A DNA stretch of 62,261 nt, the filler included. It is 6 parts of 6 records of this genome, joined end to end, with 100 filler letters (N's around TTAATTAATTAA, not from the genome) between each part and the next. Parts side by side here need not be neighbours in the genome. Positions count along the whole stretch, not along the records: positions 38,302 to 47,526 come from SRR2962707_2000; positions 47,627 to 62,261 come from SRR2962707_2004; 4 more parts are not named here. The stretch is one strand, 5' to 3'. Made by a program: the position numbers and the translations under genes. Positions 38,829-49,963 of this stretch are shown here, in pieces. Under the pieces are notes generated by a model that was not told the DNA's origin, ran no database searches, and saw only the letters and a list, made by a program, of their open reading frames with translations. Every line of letters begins with the position of its first letter. Position 1 is the first letter of the stretch.

Positions 38829-41800
38829 ATGAACAATATCGTGCTGTACTCCGACCAGGGCGCCGACCAGGGCGGCGGTAGTGGCAGTGGCAGGGGCAGT
38901 AGAACCCAGCTGTCGTTGACGAAGACTCAACTTGCCAATGACGGCGGCCGCGGATCTGAGCTGGTGCCGCGCGGCCAACGGTCGGTGGTATCCTCTTCAC
39001 TTGCCCTCCTTCCATCTACGCGTGCGGGATACACTGCCGATCGCCCCTCGGTGTCCAGTGAACTCGACACTCTGGACTCCGAAAAATTAGCACGCTGGGT
39101 GAAGATGCAGGACCCGCGTCTCGCACCAGCTGCAACGGACTTGGTGCGGTCGGGCATCACTGGTGCAATTATCACGCAGGAGCTTGGATGCGGGCCACAA
39201 CACTTTCAACGTTTTCTGCAGCACGATTTAGGAATCAAGCGTCAGTTCTGCGGCGCATTACACCAGCTACTGACGGGAAACGACACCGTCTCCAAGGTCA
39301 CGGCCAGGATTTGCGATGGGGACTACGGTCAATTCCTCGAACGCAGCAGGCTGCTGCCCCCTGGGCGTGAGCTTGACAAACTCGCAGACGCGCGCCGCTT
39401 CGTGAACTTTTGCGCCGCGACCGTCAGTGCCGGTGACAGCGATGTAGCAAACGCCGCCCACGCCAAAGCGATCGGCCTTGCAGAACAAGGAAAAGCACTT
39501 TTCCAACTTCAGCGATTTGCGGAAGCTGCGAGTGCGTTTCGTGCCGCCAGTGATATCGCCTTGACACAGAAAGGCAAAGATGTTTTCGACCGCCAAGCCC
39601 AAGACGCAAGCAAGCGTGCGCGTCAAAAGCTGCTGGATCTGTACAAAGAATTTTGCGCGACAGACTTGTCGGATTTTGCCGAACTCATGAGGCGAGCAGC
39701 GCTGGACGAGGGCCACGTCAACAGTCTGTCGACCGACGAAAGCGTCTACCTGCTGATGCAGATCGTGACTGGCGGAGCGGAGTGCGCCGATCGTCTGCAG
39801 TGCAGAGCCAGACTGAACGCGCGCCAACGGCGCCCGGGGAAGTTCTTCTTCCTGCTGGGGGATACAGGGCTTGGCAAAAGTACGTGTCTCAACTACGCCA
39901 ATGGGTGCAACTACAAGAAAAACGGTGAAAGCGAGCTGAGGCCCCTCGGCACGGAGATTACCGCCGTTGGCAACCACGGCGAATCTAAAACCTTCTTTGC
40001 CAAACCCTTCGAGATCGGCGATCACTTGTTCATTGACTGCCCGGGTTACGGAGACACCAAAGGCCCGGTAATTGCCATCGGGAACTCCGTCAACGTCCGC
40101 AATGTGCTCAACGCGTGCATTGCCGCGGACTGGAGCATCTTGTGCTTCTTGCGCACAGCGCACGTGGAGGCCGATTCCAGGGCGAAGACTTTTGAGCGGA
40201 TTTACGAAGACACAAAGCGGCTGTTCTGCAACAACCAGGCCTTTGTCCAGCAATCCGGGAGAATTGTGTGCGTCTTCAACGGTGAACCGGCCAACCGAAA
40301 AGGCGAGTTTTTGGAGAACTTCACAACCATGGCCACCAATTTCATGACCAATAGAGGCACCGATTCAGACACCACCCAGGCTTGGCTCCGCATTGTGCTA
40401 AAGCAACACGTCTTCGTCGACTGCACCCGGGCGGGCGGTGGACGTAACTTTATCTCCCAGTTGGAAAAGGCCGCGTCGCGTGGCGTCGACTCACGCGGTG
40501 GCGTTGCTAATCCTATCACAGCGGCTTCCCCCTTCCAAGTGCAACTGCAGGACGCGGCACGCCTTCGGCTTAGCCGTATTTGTCGTGACGCTAGCGACAA
40601 TATTGAAAAACTGATTCACTCTCACACCAGCGAGTCACTGAGCCTCGTACATCGCAATTGGGCTGTGGTGAAGAGCCTGGTTGACATCGTAGATGACGAT
40701 ATAGAATTACAACAGTCGTTCAAGCTGAAATTGCCCCAAGCTCTGGTGAACTTTGCCCGACACGCGTTCCCTCTGCAGCAGCTGCTGCGCGAACCGACAT
40801 ACAGCTATGAGAAGATGCTGTCAGTGCAGAACACTCTGCGCAGCTTCGATGCGTTTGCGCGCACCTACCCCAACGTTCACCAGCTGACTGAGATGTACGA
40901 GGACGAGGCCAAACAGGCCGCTGAGAGCATCTGGGACGTCTTCCAACGCGCGTTGACGTTTGAGGCGCCAATGCCGGTTGACGCCACTGATGCAATCGAC
41001 CACATTTTGAGCGTGTCCCAACCGTCCGAAGTTCTTTGTGTGGCGGTGTCGGCGTCGCGGAAGGAAATTTTATTTGCGTTTCACGCACTGTGCAAACTCG
41101 TGCACCCTGACAAGAACTCGGGTGTAACCGCAAAACAAGCATTTCAAAAGCTCGCACAAGCAAGACAGCAGCTGCTACACACGGGCGGGAACGCAGTCGA
41201 CGTGGAGACTCACGGGTGCTCAATGGAAAGTGTTTGCAAGCTGCTCCAGCAACTGTCCGTGACTGCTAACATTGTTCATCGTGTCCGCGCTGTGATCGAT
41301 GCACCAGCCGACGCTGCCCCCCCCGCCGTGAAAAGGGCCTGCGCGTTAGCCTTGAAGCATATTAGCAACGGCACGTGGCTGCTGCAATACGCGCAGCTGG
41401 TTAAAGTTCCAACACTGCTGGAGCAGCGGTTCAAGACGGTGACCAGTGCCTTGGACGGCCTGTTTGCCCAAATTGCGCGCACACAATTGGAGGCTGCGCG
41501 TGATGCGGTGCTCTCGGCCGCGGACAGCGTCTTCCAATCGTTGAGCGACAAATGGCCAGCCCAACTCCAACAACACGTGTCAGAGCTCCAACAAAAGCTC
41601 TCAAAACCTACACTGGGCCCGTTGAAGCAAACGCTGGAAAAGATTGCTCGCATCACCGGCCGACACGAGGTGCAGCACATTGCAACCAAAGTGAAGGAGT
41701 TCTACCAAGTTGGCCTGATGGTCCGAAAGGTTGTCGACCTCTGCGAGACGGAATCGAAGCGCAGCGACCTACTCGGTCAGTGCAGCCGAAAGACTGGTCT

Positions 41801-44800
41801 TGACCTGGCTGACATCAACAATCAACTCCGAACCGTGTGCCTCCGCGCCAGCACGGCTGCGAACGAAGAAACCACCATTGCCAGGCTCGACGCTCTGTTT
41901 GACAAGGTGGCGCTGCAAGCCGCGAAGTGGAGTGCCTTTCCCGCCGCACAGCGGGACCTCGCTGGCCTGCGCCAAAGCGCAGACACAATTTGCGGGCACG
42001 CAGAGCAGTATTCCGCCGGCGCTGGCTCGATGGACAAGATCCGCAAACACGTTGTGCTCTTGATGAAACGTGTGGACAGCTGGCGTCCACTGTTCGTCGG
42101 CCGCCTCGAGAAGCAGCTCGACCATCACCTCAAAAATGGCGATGTGGACAGTGCACGTGTCGCGGCGGAACAGCTGGCAATGGCTGGCGATGCATGGCCG
42201 GAGCTTGTAGAAGAATTGCGGGAGAGATTTACGACAGAATTTGCGACCTGTAGAAAAGAAGTGAATGATTGCGTGATCGCCATTTCCAAAATCGACAACA
42301 TTCACGAGGAAACGGCCGCCTACGACGACAGATTCCGGCACTTGCCTCAGTTCTTCGTGACTGCCCATGTTCACTTTGAACTCAGCGGTGATTCGAGGCC
42401 GTCTGAAAAATTTCAGGAGCAGGTGGCCTGGGTGCAGTCTTTGCTTGAAGTGGCATGTCGCGAATTGGAAAGCTACCCTGCAGCAGACGACCGCGTGGTG
42501 CCGCAGCTCGTCGCAATCTACGCCTGTGCCGAGATTGCTGACCAACCGGACTTGCATTCGGCAGTGACCAAGGCGATCAAAGCTTGGTTGAACGCGTTCC
42601 AAGATCCGTTGAGCATCAGCCAGATTGGCAAGACGCTCCTGAGTTGCGAACGCACAGTGCAGTATGTCTCGCAGCTTCTCAACGCGTTTCCCAAGTTCAA
42701 ACGCATTCAGGTTAAACTTCACAAGCAGTATGCCAGCGTTGGAGCCCAAGATTACTACGCTGCTCTGTTGGGTGCCAACCCCGCTGCCGAACCACATATC
42801 CGCCACATGAAGGCGATATTTGATGACTTCGAGAAGCGTCATGACGGTGCGTGTGGTTGTGATGACCGTGTGTGGTGCTTGTTCGCATACGCATTCTGCG
42901 TGCGTGGCCTGATGAAAGGCGCGAGCGAGCGAAGGTGCTAGTGCGGTTGCGGGCGCAAGGCATGTTCTCACGGCTGTGCTTTCCTGGTGTGCCAACCTCA
43001 GACCTTCTGGGGGAAATTGTTTCAGTTGTCCATCAAGAGGGTGACTCGCAGGCTCTGCGGCAGTCCATCATCGACCGAGCAACCGGCGCCGCCGCTCAGT
43101 ACCTGAACGATGGGCGGGGCGACGGTCACCTAGCTGAGCTCCTCACAATGGTGTGCGGTGGCCGGTCCTTCGTCGACGCTTGCTCGCCAGGCTCCGGGTT
43201 TTTGACAGACAGGACTTTCCTTTTCGAGTGCCACCCAATGCAAGTCTTTGCGATGCTCAGCTTTTTCGTGTGCCAAACGCACCTGCCCGGAACAACTCCT
43301 GGCGGTGCCACTACGGCAGCGGAGATCCCCCAAGAGTTCCTATTCCGCTCCGTTGGGACAGGAGAAGGCAAATCTATTGTGATCGCTGGCATCGGTATCA
43401 TGTGCACGCTGATGGGTCTTCAAGTGGACGTGGCATGCTTTAGCAAAATCCTCGCCGCCCGTGACGAAAACAACTCCCAAGCGTGGTGTGACATGTTTAG
43501 TGCGAAGCTGAAATACGGCACCATCGACGGTCTCATCACCGTCGCGCCGGAGTACCAAGCGCAGGCAGCGGCGCGTGCGCGCCAAGTGTTGGAAGGGAAG
43601 AAGCTTCAACCGCTTCACACCAGCGGGGGCACCAATGCCGCACCGAAACCACGTGTGCTCATTGTCGACGAAGTCGACGTGCTGTTCAGCGAGAACATGG
43701 TTTCCAAGGTCTGGGACTTTGCGTCGATGCACAAGGACGAAAATTTTGCCAAACTTTACTTGGACATTTGGGATCGGCGATGTAACAGCTTGAAGGAGGC
43801 CCTGGCGTCCCCCCACGCTGCAGCTGTGCAGGCCACATTCCCGCACTTGAAGCTCGACAGGGTGATTGCACCTACTTTTCCTGCCGCGGACGAGGTTCGA
43901 GCAGGTCGATACGTTTACAAGGTTGGGGAAGACCAGCACGGCAGGCCGTGCATCATGCGCCGCAGCGCGATCGATGGGAGGCTCGAAACCTATGCTGAAC
44001 CCGTTGACTATTTTGCGGCCCTCAAAGAAAGCCGAATCCCGACAGAGGCGGCTCTGCAGCAAATCTCCATCCTGACGCCCTTTGCCTCAAAGCACGCACT
44101 CTCATTAACTCGCAACTATGGCGCTGTGTGGGGGCTAAGTGGAACCTTGGCTTCAACCTTCTTTGACAGTTTGCGCGATGTGTTTTTCCCGGACCCTCGC
44201 AGCCAGCCCCAAACAATGGTGCTCCCGACGTCATTTCATACTTCCCACAAGTTGACGGTTGATGACCCCATCGTTTGCGGCCCTGACAGTGAGGACAAAG
44301 CCCAGGCATTCGACCCAACACACCCCGAGAACTCAGGCTTCTTTCTGAACATCAAGAAGGAAATCGAAGCCAAAGTGCAAGACTCTCGCGCGGTGTTAGT
44401 GGTGTTCGACACGCTGGCGCAACTTAGTGAGTTTCGTGCGTGGTTACAAGCCCGACCCATTGCGGGAACTCAGACGGCACGTTCTATCAAAGTCCTGCCC
44501 CCGGAACGGGCAACCGACAATTTTTCGGTGATCGACAAGACCATTCGAGTCGCGGCCTCGAGGTGTCGTGTAACTCTCGCCACTCGCGCGTTCGGCCGTG
44601 GCTCCGACTTTGTGTGCACGGACGCGCTTCTCAAAAGCCAAGGCGGCATGCACGTAATTCAAGCATTCTGGACGCCCAGCGAGGCCGAGGAAGTGCAGAT
44701 CAAGGGGCGCACCTGCCGTCAAGACAACCCTGGAAGTTACCGACAAATTCTGCTGGCAGACAAAAATCGCGACAACGCTGCAGCTCTTACAGACTTGCCC

Positions 44801-45767
44801 TACCTGCTGGATGTATTTGGTGACCCGAGCGCCGTCAAGAGCGAGGAGGCTGTTCGGACAGCACGCAAAGCATACTATGCGCGCCGACGAGATGCAATTG
44901 TGAAGGATGTAGCGGAAGCAGCGCAACGAGAGACAAAGTGCGCGACTTTTTTGCGGAATCTGCACGAAGCCACCGACATTGACAGCATAATCGGGTACAT
45001 CAACTCACCACACGTGCAAGCCGCCGCTACAGCGGTAATCATCGTATGCGACGTGTCCGGCAGCATGGGCGGAAGGAACATCGACGAAGCTTGCTCAGGG
45101 TGCGCTCAACTGCTTGACGCGCTGCAACAGCGCAACTGCTTGGCCGACACCGTAACGGTCTTCACATTCAACCACGAGTGTTCCGTGCTCATCGAAACAG
45201 CGCCCGTTAGCAGTGTGGACACTCACTATATCCAGCAACAGCTTCATGCTCGCGTCTCCGGCGGCACGGTATGTCATATGTCGTCGCATTTTCTCCAAGC
45301 GAGTTGCCTGTCTGCTTTGCGATGCTTCGGGGAACCCAAAGGACTGTCGCTGATCATCTGCTTCTTTCTTGCATGCACGTCTGCTCCATGGTTCCGCTTT
45401 ACGCACCTCTTCTTGCTGGGTCACTCTTCAACCGCAGGCGCTGTTCGACGCAATTGGGGAAACTGTTAAAAGCTGTTCTGTGACGGCCGACCCCACGGTC
45501 GCGGTCGAGATGCTTTTCCTCACTGACGGCGAAGAAGGTAGTTCTCGCCACTACAATCAGCAAGCAGTGCGACAGGCCTTGGCATCCCCGCCCAATCGCA
45601 ACCTGCACATCACAATGGTCAGCGTTGGCTCCAGCCGTGGCAAGCAGACGCTGGAGGCACTAGCGGCGGGCTTAGACCATGTGACAGTCGTTGGGCATGA
45701 AGGGGCTGCTGGAAACATCGAAAAGGCCTTCACATCTTTTGCGTCGTCCCGCATTGCCGCTCAATGA
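38829..45767 (+). CDS. Spliced eukaryotic gene of about 2204 aa (exons 38829-42846, 43002-45268, 45438-45767): SAM-TPR-GTPase-J-domain-SecA-like ATPase-vWA
   Basis: Both splices keep the frame (phases 1 and 0). Motifs: GDTGLGKS and DCPG; HPDKN; GTGEGKS, DEVD, ATRAFGRGSDF and QIKGRTCRQDNPG; DVSGS, GGT|ALFDAIG and LTDG. Confidence 0.8.
42847..43001 (+). other. Spliceosomal intron 1 (155 nt, phase 1)
   Basis: Donor ACG|GTGCGT, branch-like CTCAC at 42967-42971, acceptor CTCAG|; removal gives KRHD-D-LLGEIV in frame. Confidence 0.75.
45269..45437 (+). other. Spliceosomal intron 2 (169 nt, phase 0)
   Basis: Donor ACG|GTATGT, pyrimidine-rich body, acceptor CGCAG|; removal rebuilds the vWA motif GGTALFDAIG. 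Confidence 0.88.
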
Positions 45768-46988
45768 CGGCACCCGACCTTCAAACGTGCGTCGCCGTGG
45801 CTATGCAGGGAATCACGGAGATTACCAAGCTCGGTCGGTGTGCTTGTGGGACCGTGGAGTGACGCGCAGAAACACGTTGAAAATCCGTGGGCGGCGGGTG
45901 GCTGTTTTTTTCCTTTCTCCAATCCAAGCGCAGCCTGCATCTCGATCCCCAACGTTGGGAGAAGGATGTTCAAATTTCATAATGCAATTTTGCTATCTTC
46001 ATATTAGTTTCAGTAAAAAATTGTTGATGATGAATTGTCACACCCTTCGGGTTACTGCACTCTATCGGGCCACCCCTACGAGCTGGTAATAACCAAAAAT
46101 CGCCAGTGGGTACGAACCATTTCTGGCTCCTTGGTTGATTGTTTGAGTCTCAAGCACCTCTTGAGTCTTCTAAAATGATCGCTTGCCGGAACGATCGACA
46201 GGGAGTCTAGAGAGTTTAATTTCGAGCAGTCTGTGAACGAGAAAATCCCGGGTAGGATGGCTGGAGTTGAAGGAGCATGTGAGCCCCCGGGCGTCGGCTC
46301 AGGATCCGACGATGGGTCTCATGGCCATGCGCGATGAAATGAGCGAGATGCGGGTGGAGAACAGGCAACTCCGCCAGCAAGTTGCAGCTATCAGTCCCGA
46401 GCGTAGACAGCCAGCCGACGACCCGCGTGTCCCTGTCGCTGTTTCACCTCCTGGGGGTCGGTGTCGTGACCACAGTGGCGGTGGTGCTTCGGACGACGCA
46501 GACTCGGGTAGTTCGGCGTCCTTTGACGTGTCACGCGCTCTGCGGGTCAGTACGGATGGATCTGTGGCAAGGCTTTGGCACATGATCATTTTTGATGGAC
46601 GCTGGTTGCAGCTCCATTGGTGCAGCAGGGCACTAAACGTTTGTGCAATTACATGTCAAGAGCGTCACTGCAGTAAAATGTTTTTGTGCGTGCGGAAAAG
46701 CACAATGAATTTCATGCAGTGGTGCATTGAGTAAGCTTCAAGTGATGGGCTGCTCCAGCACCATTCCCAGCAGCCTGGGCCGAAGTCAGTGTGAAAATGC
46801 CGGAACAGCTAATTTTATGAGCACACACAGTCCCTAAACGAGCTTCAAGATTTAAAAGCAATTATCATCACTTTTACCAAGGGAAGTCATCAACCTGATC
46901 AAGTCTAGTGCTCTGGTCCGTGTTGCTTGTAGGTGAACTGCAATAATCGAGCCTCGTTCTGCCTTCGGGGCCAAAATTCATTTCTAGC

Positions 46989-47525
46989 TCATAAAAAATT
47001 GTTTTCAGGGACAACACGTAAGCAAAACACACATTCATAGGAAAAAAAAATGCATTCAAACGAAATTTGGTGCTCTGATCCGATATTTTTTAGGTGCCGT
47101 TGCCGCAAATTAACCTCCATCCGCCATTTCGGGGAATTAGGTTTGAACAAATCGAATACATGTTCTGGATTGTTGTTCGGATGGCAGTACCAAAACAACC
47201 GGGCACTGGTTGCACAGCCAATGCACACGTTTCGACCACAACAGAAAGTTGTCTGTCCTTTTCCTGACGCTGGAAAGGAATGTTTATTGATCCAGGGAGC
47301 CTCAAGAGCGCGTGAATCACCAATTCGATCGAAATCAGTCCAACTTTTCTAAATTGAGCGTTTTTCGTGTGTCGAGGAAGGGATGGGCAAATAACTGCAA
47401 TTGCCTCCTTGCACAGTTAAGATCGGCTTGTTGAAGAATTCCTTATTAAAGCCAAGGGCGTTCAGTTGTTCGACAACATCAAAATCATATTTGGCCTTGA
47501 ATTCGTCCACATTCCGCGCAAGCAC
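46989..47525 (-). pseudogene. Possible degraded ORF with one in-frame TAG
   Basis: About 179 codons open from the contig end, except for TAG at 47349-47351; no family recognised. Confidence 0.3.
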
Positions 47526-47526
47526 A

Positions 47527-47626
47527 NNNNNNNNNNNNNNNNNNNNNNNNNNNNNNNNNNNNNNNNNNNNTTAATTAATTAANNNNNNNNNNNNNNNNNN
47601 NNNNNNNNNNNNNNNNNNNNNNNNNN
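47527..47626. other. Artificial contig linker
   Basis: N44-TTAATTAATTAA-N44. Confidence 0.98.
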
Positions 47627-47800
47627 CATGGCTTCAATCTTGTTTTTGGCAAGATCATTCTTGTGCATGAGCTGCGCTCGCTCACGGTTCCAGTCGTCCT
47701 GCAGCTCGCGCAGCATCGCGTTGTCACGTTCCAGTTTGCGACAGTGTTCGATCAATCTGTCGAGTTTGTCCGCCAGTGCCTGTAGTTCGGACTGTTCCAT
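47627..47800 (-). CDS. TIGR02449/ZapB-like coiled-coil protein (3'-truncated)
   Basis: LQALADKLDRLIEHC..WNRERAQLMHKNDLAKNKIEAM; this family is usually divergent from ygfB-pepP. Confidence 0.82.
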
Positions 47801-47902
47801 GAGTCGTCCAACGCCTGTATCAAAGAAGTGAACTAACTATAAGTGTGGACTGCAAGTTGGTCAATTTACAGGGATGTCATGGCCCGCGTTGCGTGATGTC
47901 CG

Positions 47903-49177
47903 TCACTCTGGGGCCACGTGTCCCAGCCCCTGTTTTCGGCTGCCCCGCCAGGCCTGGAGCGCCGGAATCAGTCCCACCAGCAACGCTGCCAGAGGGACGC
48001 TGGCGATGATCGACCATTCCGTTGCATTCAGCGGCCGCAGGCCTACCTGAACGCCCCACGTATCCAGTAGCCAGGGGCTAAGAGCCGCGATGCCGGCCGC
48101 TCCGGCCAGTATCGCGAGCCCACAGGCCGCGATGGCCAGCAGAATGCATTCGATCACGTGCAATGCCGCGATGAGGGCCGGCGAAGCCCCGGTAGCCCTG
48201 AGAATCGCCACTTCCTGCCGCCGCTGCGCCTGCAGAGTCAGCAACACGGCCACGAGCCCGACTAGGCTGGTGACCACGACAAAGCCGGTGATGCCCAGCA
48301 AGGCTTTTTCGAACTGACCCATGATTCGCCAGAGTTCGCTGAGCGCCACCCCCGGGAGAATCGCCGACAACGGTTCGAGCTGCGATTCGTTGATCTGGCG
48401 CTGAACCTGAAAAGTCAGCACCTTGCGGTCGATGCCCACGAATGCGGCGGTAATCGCGTCCGGTGTGAGGTCCCTCTGCCTGGCCTGTTCGGGCGTGACG
48501 GTTCGCCCGGGGATGGCAACACCGGATTCCCAGCCAATATGGATGGCTTCGAGGCCCTCCAGGCTGACGTAAACTGCCTGGTCCACCGGTGTACCAGTGG
48601 GAGCGAGGATGCCAGTGACCGTAAACGGAGTGTCCTTGTGGTTGGAGAAGCTGGTCTTGCCGCCGCCATGGGACAGGACAACCCTGTCGCCAGTCTGGTG
48701 AGCGTGCTTGCGGGCTACTTCGGCCCCCAACACCACGTCGAAGACATCGGCGAACCATTCTCCCTCGGCCAATGCGGGTTTCTGGTCCCGACCGTAGCGG
48801 AAATGTTCCGGGAACTGCTCGCTGGTGCCGACAACCCGGTGCCCGCGATAACTGTCGCCCAGGGATATGGGCACCAGCCAGCCGATGCGCTCATCCTCCT
48901 GGAGTTTCTCGTAGGTACTCCAGCGGATGTTATTGGTGGCGTCACCGATGTGAAAGACCGTGTACAGCAGCAGGTTCAGCTGACCGCTGCGAGCGCCCAC
49001 GATCAGGTCGGTGCCGGAGATGGTGCTGGTAAAGGACTGCTTCACTTCGGTGCGAAGGTACTGAACGCCCAGAAGCAGGGTGATGCTGAGGGTCAGGGTC
49101 AGGGTTACCAGCGCCAGTACCCTGCGCCGATACCAGAGGCTTGCCATGGCCAGAGACAGTGCCAGCCGCAGGTTCAT
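47903..49177 (-). CDS. ABC transporter permease (FtsX/MacB-like; ZrgC-like)
   Basis: TDLIVGARSGQLNLLLY, PISLGDSYRG, RRQEVAILRATGA motifs. Confidence 0.85.
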   Translation of the reverse strand: MNLRLALSLAMASLWYRRRVLALVTLTLTLSITLLLGVQYLRTEVKQSFTSTISGTDLIVGARSGQLNLLLYTVFHIGDATNNIRWSTYEKLQEDERIGWLVPISLGDSYRGHRVVGTSEQFPEHFRYGRDQKPALAEGEWFADVFDVVLGAEVARKHAHQTGDRVVLSHGGGKTSFSNHKDTPFTVTGILAPTGTPVDQAVYVSLEGLEAIHIGWESGVAIPGRTVTPEQARQRDLTPDAITAAFVGIDRKVLTFQVQRQINESQLEPLSAILPGVALSELWRIMGQFEKALLGITGFVVVTSLVGLVAVLLTLQAQRRQEVAILRATGASPALIAALHVIECILLAIAACGLAILAGAAGIAALSPWLLDTWGVQVGLRPLNATEWSIIASVPLAALLVGLIPALQAWRGSRKQGLGHVAPE

Positions 49178-49914
49178 GGGGTCACCTCCAGGGCCAGTTG
49201 GTGGTTAAAGCGTTGGGCCAGGCTCTTGTCGTGACTGACAAAGACAACGGATGAGTGTTTTTCCGCCGCCAGCCCCAGCAACAACTCGATAAAGCGGTCC
49301 CGGTTGTCGCTGTCCAGGGCCGAGGTGGGCTCGTCGGCGAGGATCAGTTCCGGGGCGCCGGTCAGTGCCCGGGCGGCGGCTACTCGCTGTTGTTGCCCGA
49401 CGCTGAGGGTGGTAACACGCCGGTGCCAATGGCTCTGGGGGATGCCCAGGGCAGTCAGCAGGGATTTCGCTTCTGCCTCCGGCGAAGACAAGGCCCGCGC
49501 TCGGCGTTTCCGTGAAAGCTTGCAGGGCAGTGTGACGTTGTCCAGCGTGCTCAGGTAGGGCACCAAGTTGAACTGCTGGAAGATAACGCCCATGTGGTCG
49601 GCCCTGAATCGGTCGCGTTGGCCGCTGGTCAGGCCTGCCAGGTCTGTGCCCAGTAATTCCAGGCGACCGGAGTCCGGCACGATCAGGCCTCCCATCAGGC
49701 TCAGGAGTGTGCTCTTGCCGCTACCGCTGGGGCCTCGGAGGAAAAGGTGTTCACCGCTGTTCAGTGTTGCGTCAGGATAGCGGATGCCCGGCTGGGTCCG
49801 GTCCCAGCGAAAAGTGAGTTCGCTGATGCGGAGGGTTTGCCGTGGGGTTACGGAACTCTCTGAGGTTACGGAACTATCTTTGTGCAAGTCTGTCTTGCCG
49901 GTCATGTCAGGCAT
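49174..49914 (-). CDS. ABC transporter ATP-binding protein (ZrgB-like)
   Basis: GPSGSGKS, LSVGQQQR, ADEPT, VSHD motifs. Confidence 0.92.
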   Translation of the reverse strand: MPDMTGKTDLHKDSSVTSESSVTPRQTLRISELTFRWDRTQPGIRYPDATLNSGEHLFLRGPSGSGKSTLLSLMGGLIVPDSGRLELLGTDLAGLTSGQRDRFRADHMGVIFQQFNLVPYLSTLDNVTLPCKLSRKRRARALSSPEAEAKSLLTALGIPQSHWHRRVTTLSVGQQQRVAAARALTGAPELILADEPTSALDSDNRDRFIELLLGLAAEKHSSVVFVSHDKSLAQRFNHQLALEVTP

Positions 49915-49963
49915 TGGTCATCCGGTGTATGATCCCTGAATCGTTACAGGAGACGTCAGTTTT

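Noticed and set aside
38400-38881. Poly-Cys, poly-Gln and poly-Leu ORFs
   Set aside because: They are translations of the (GTT)n microsatellite.
41769-42995. 408-aa antisense ORF (also 39267-40253 and 43340-44062)
   Set aside because: Shadow frames opposite a motif-bearing gene, with no recognisable motifs of their own.
42847-43001. Overlap of the 1371-aa and 865-aa ORFs as a programmed frameshift or bacterial operon
   Set aside because: There is no slippery site or RBS, and GT-AG splicing with the correct phase explains it better. The Cys-rich ORF tail and the ORF2 head are intron translation.
42872-45469. Calling the 865-aa ORF a housekeeping secA
   Set aside because: It is highly divergent, lacks a recognisable C-terminal scaffold, is fused to vWA and sits in an intron-containing gene.
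46267-46734. 155-aa ORF with a short coiled-coil-like segment
   Set aside because: Non-ATG start in a eukaryotic contig, no recognisable domain, and composition shifts midway; insufficient support.
5187-47626. Five TTAATTAATTAA motifs flanked by Ns as a biological repeat, and any gene neighbourhood spanning them
   Set aside because: These are identical 100-nt artificial linkers; genes on either side come from different organisms.
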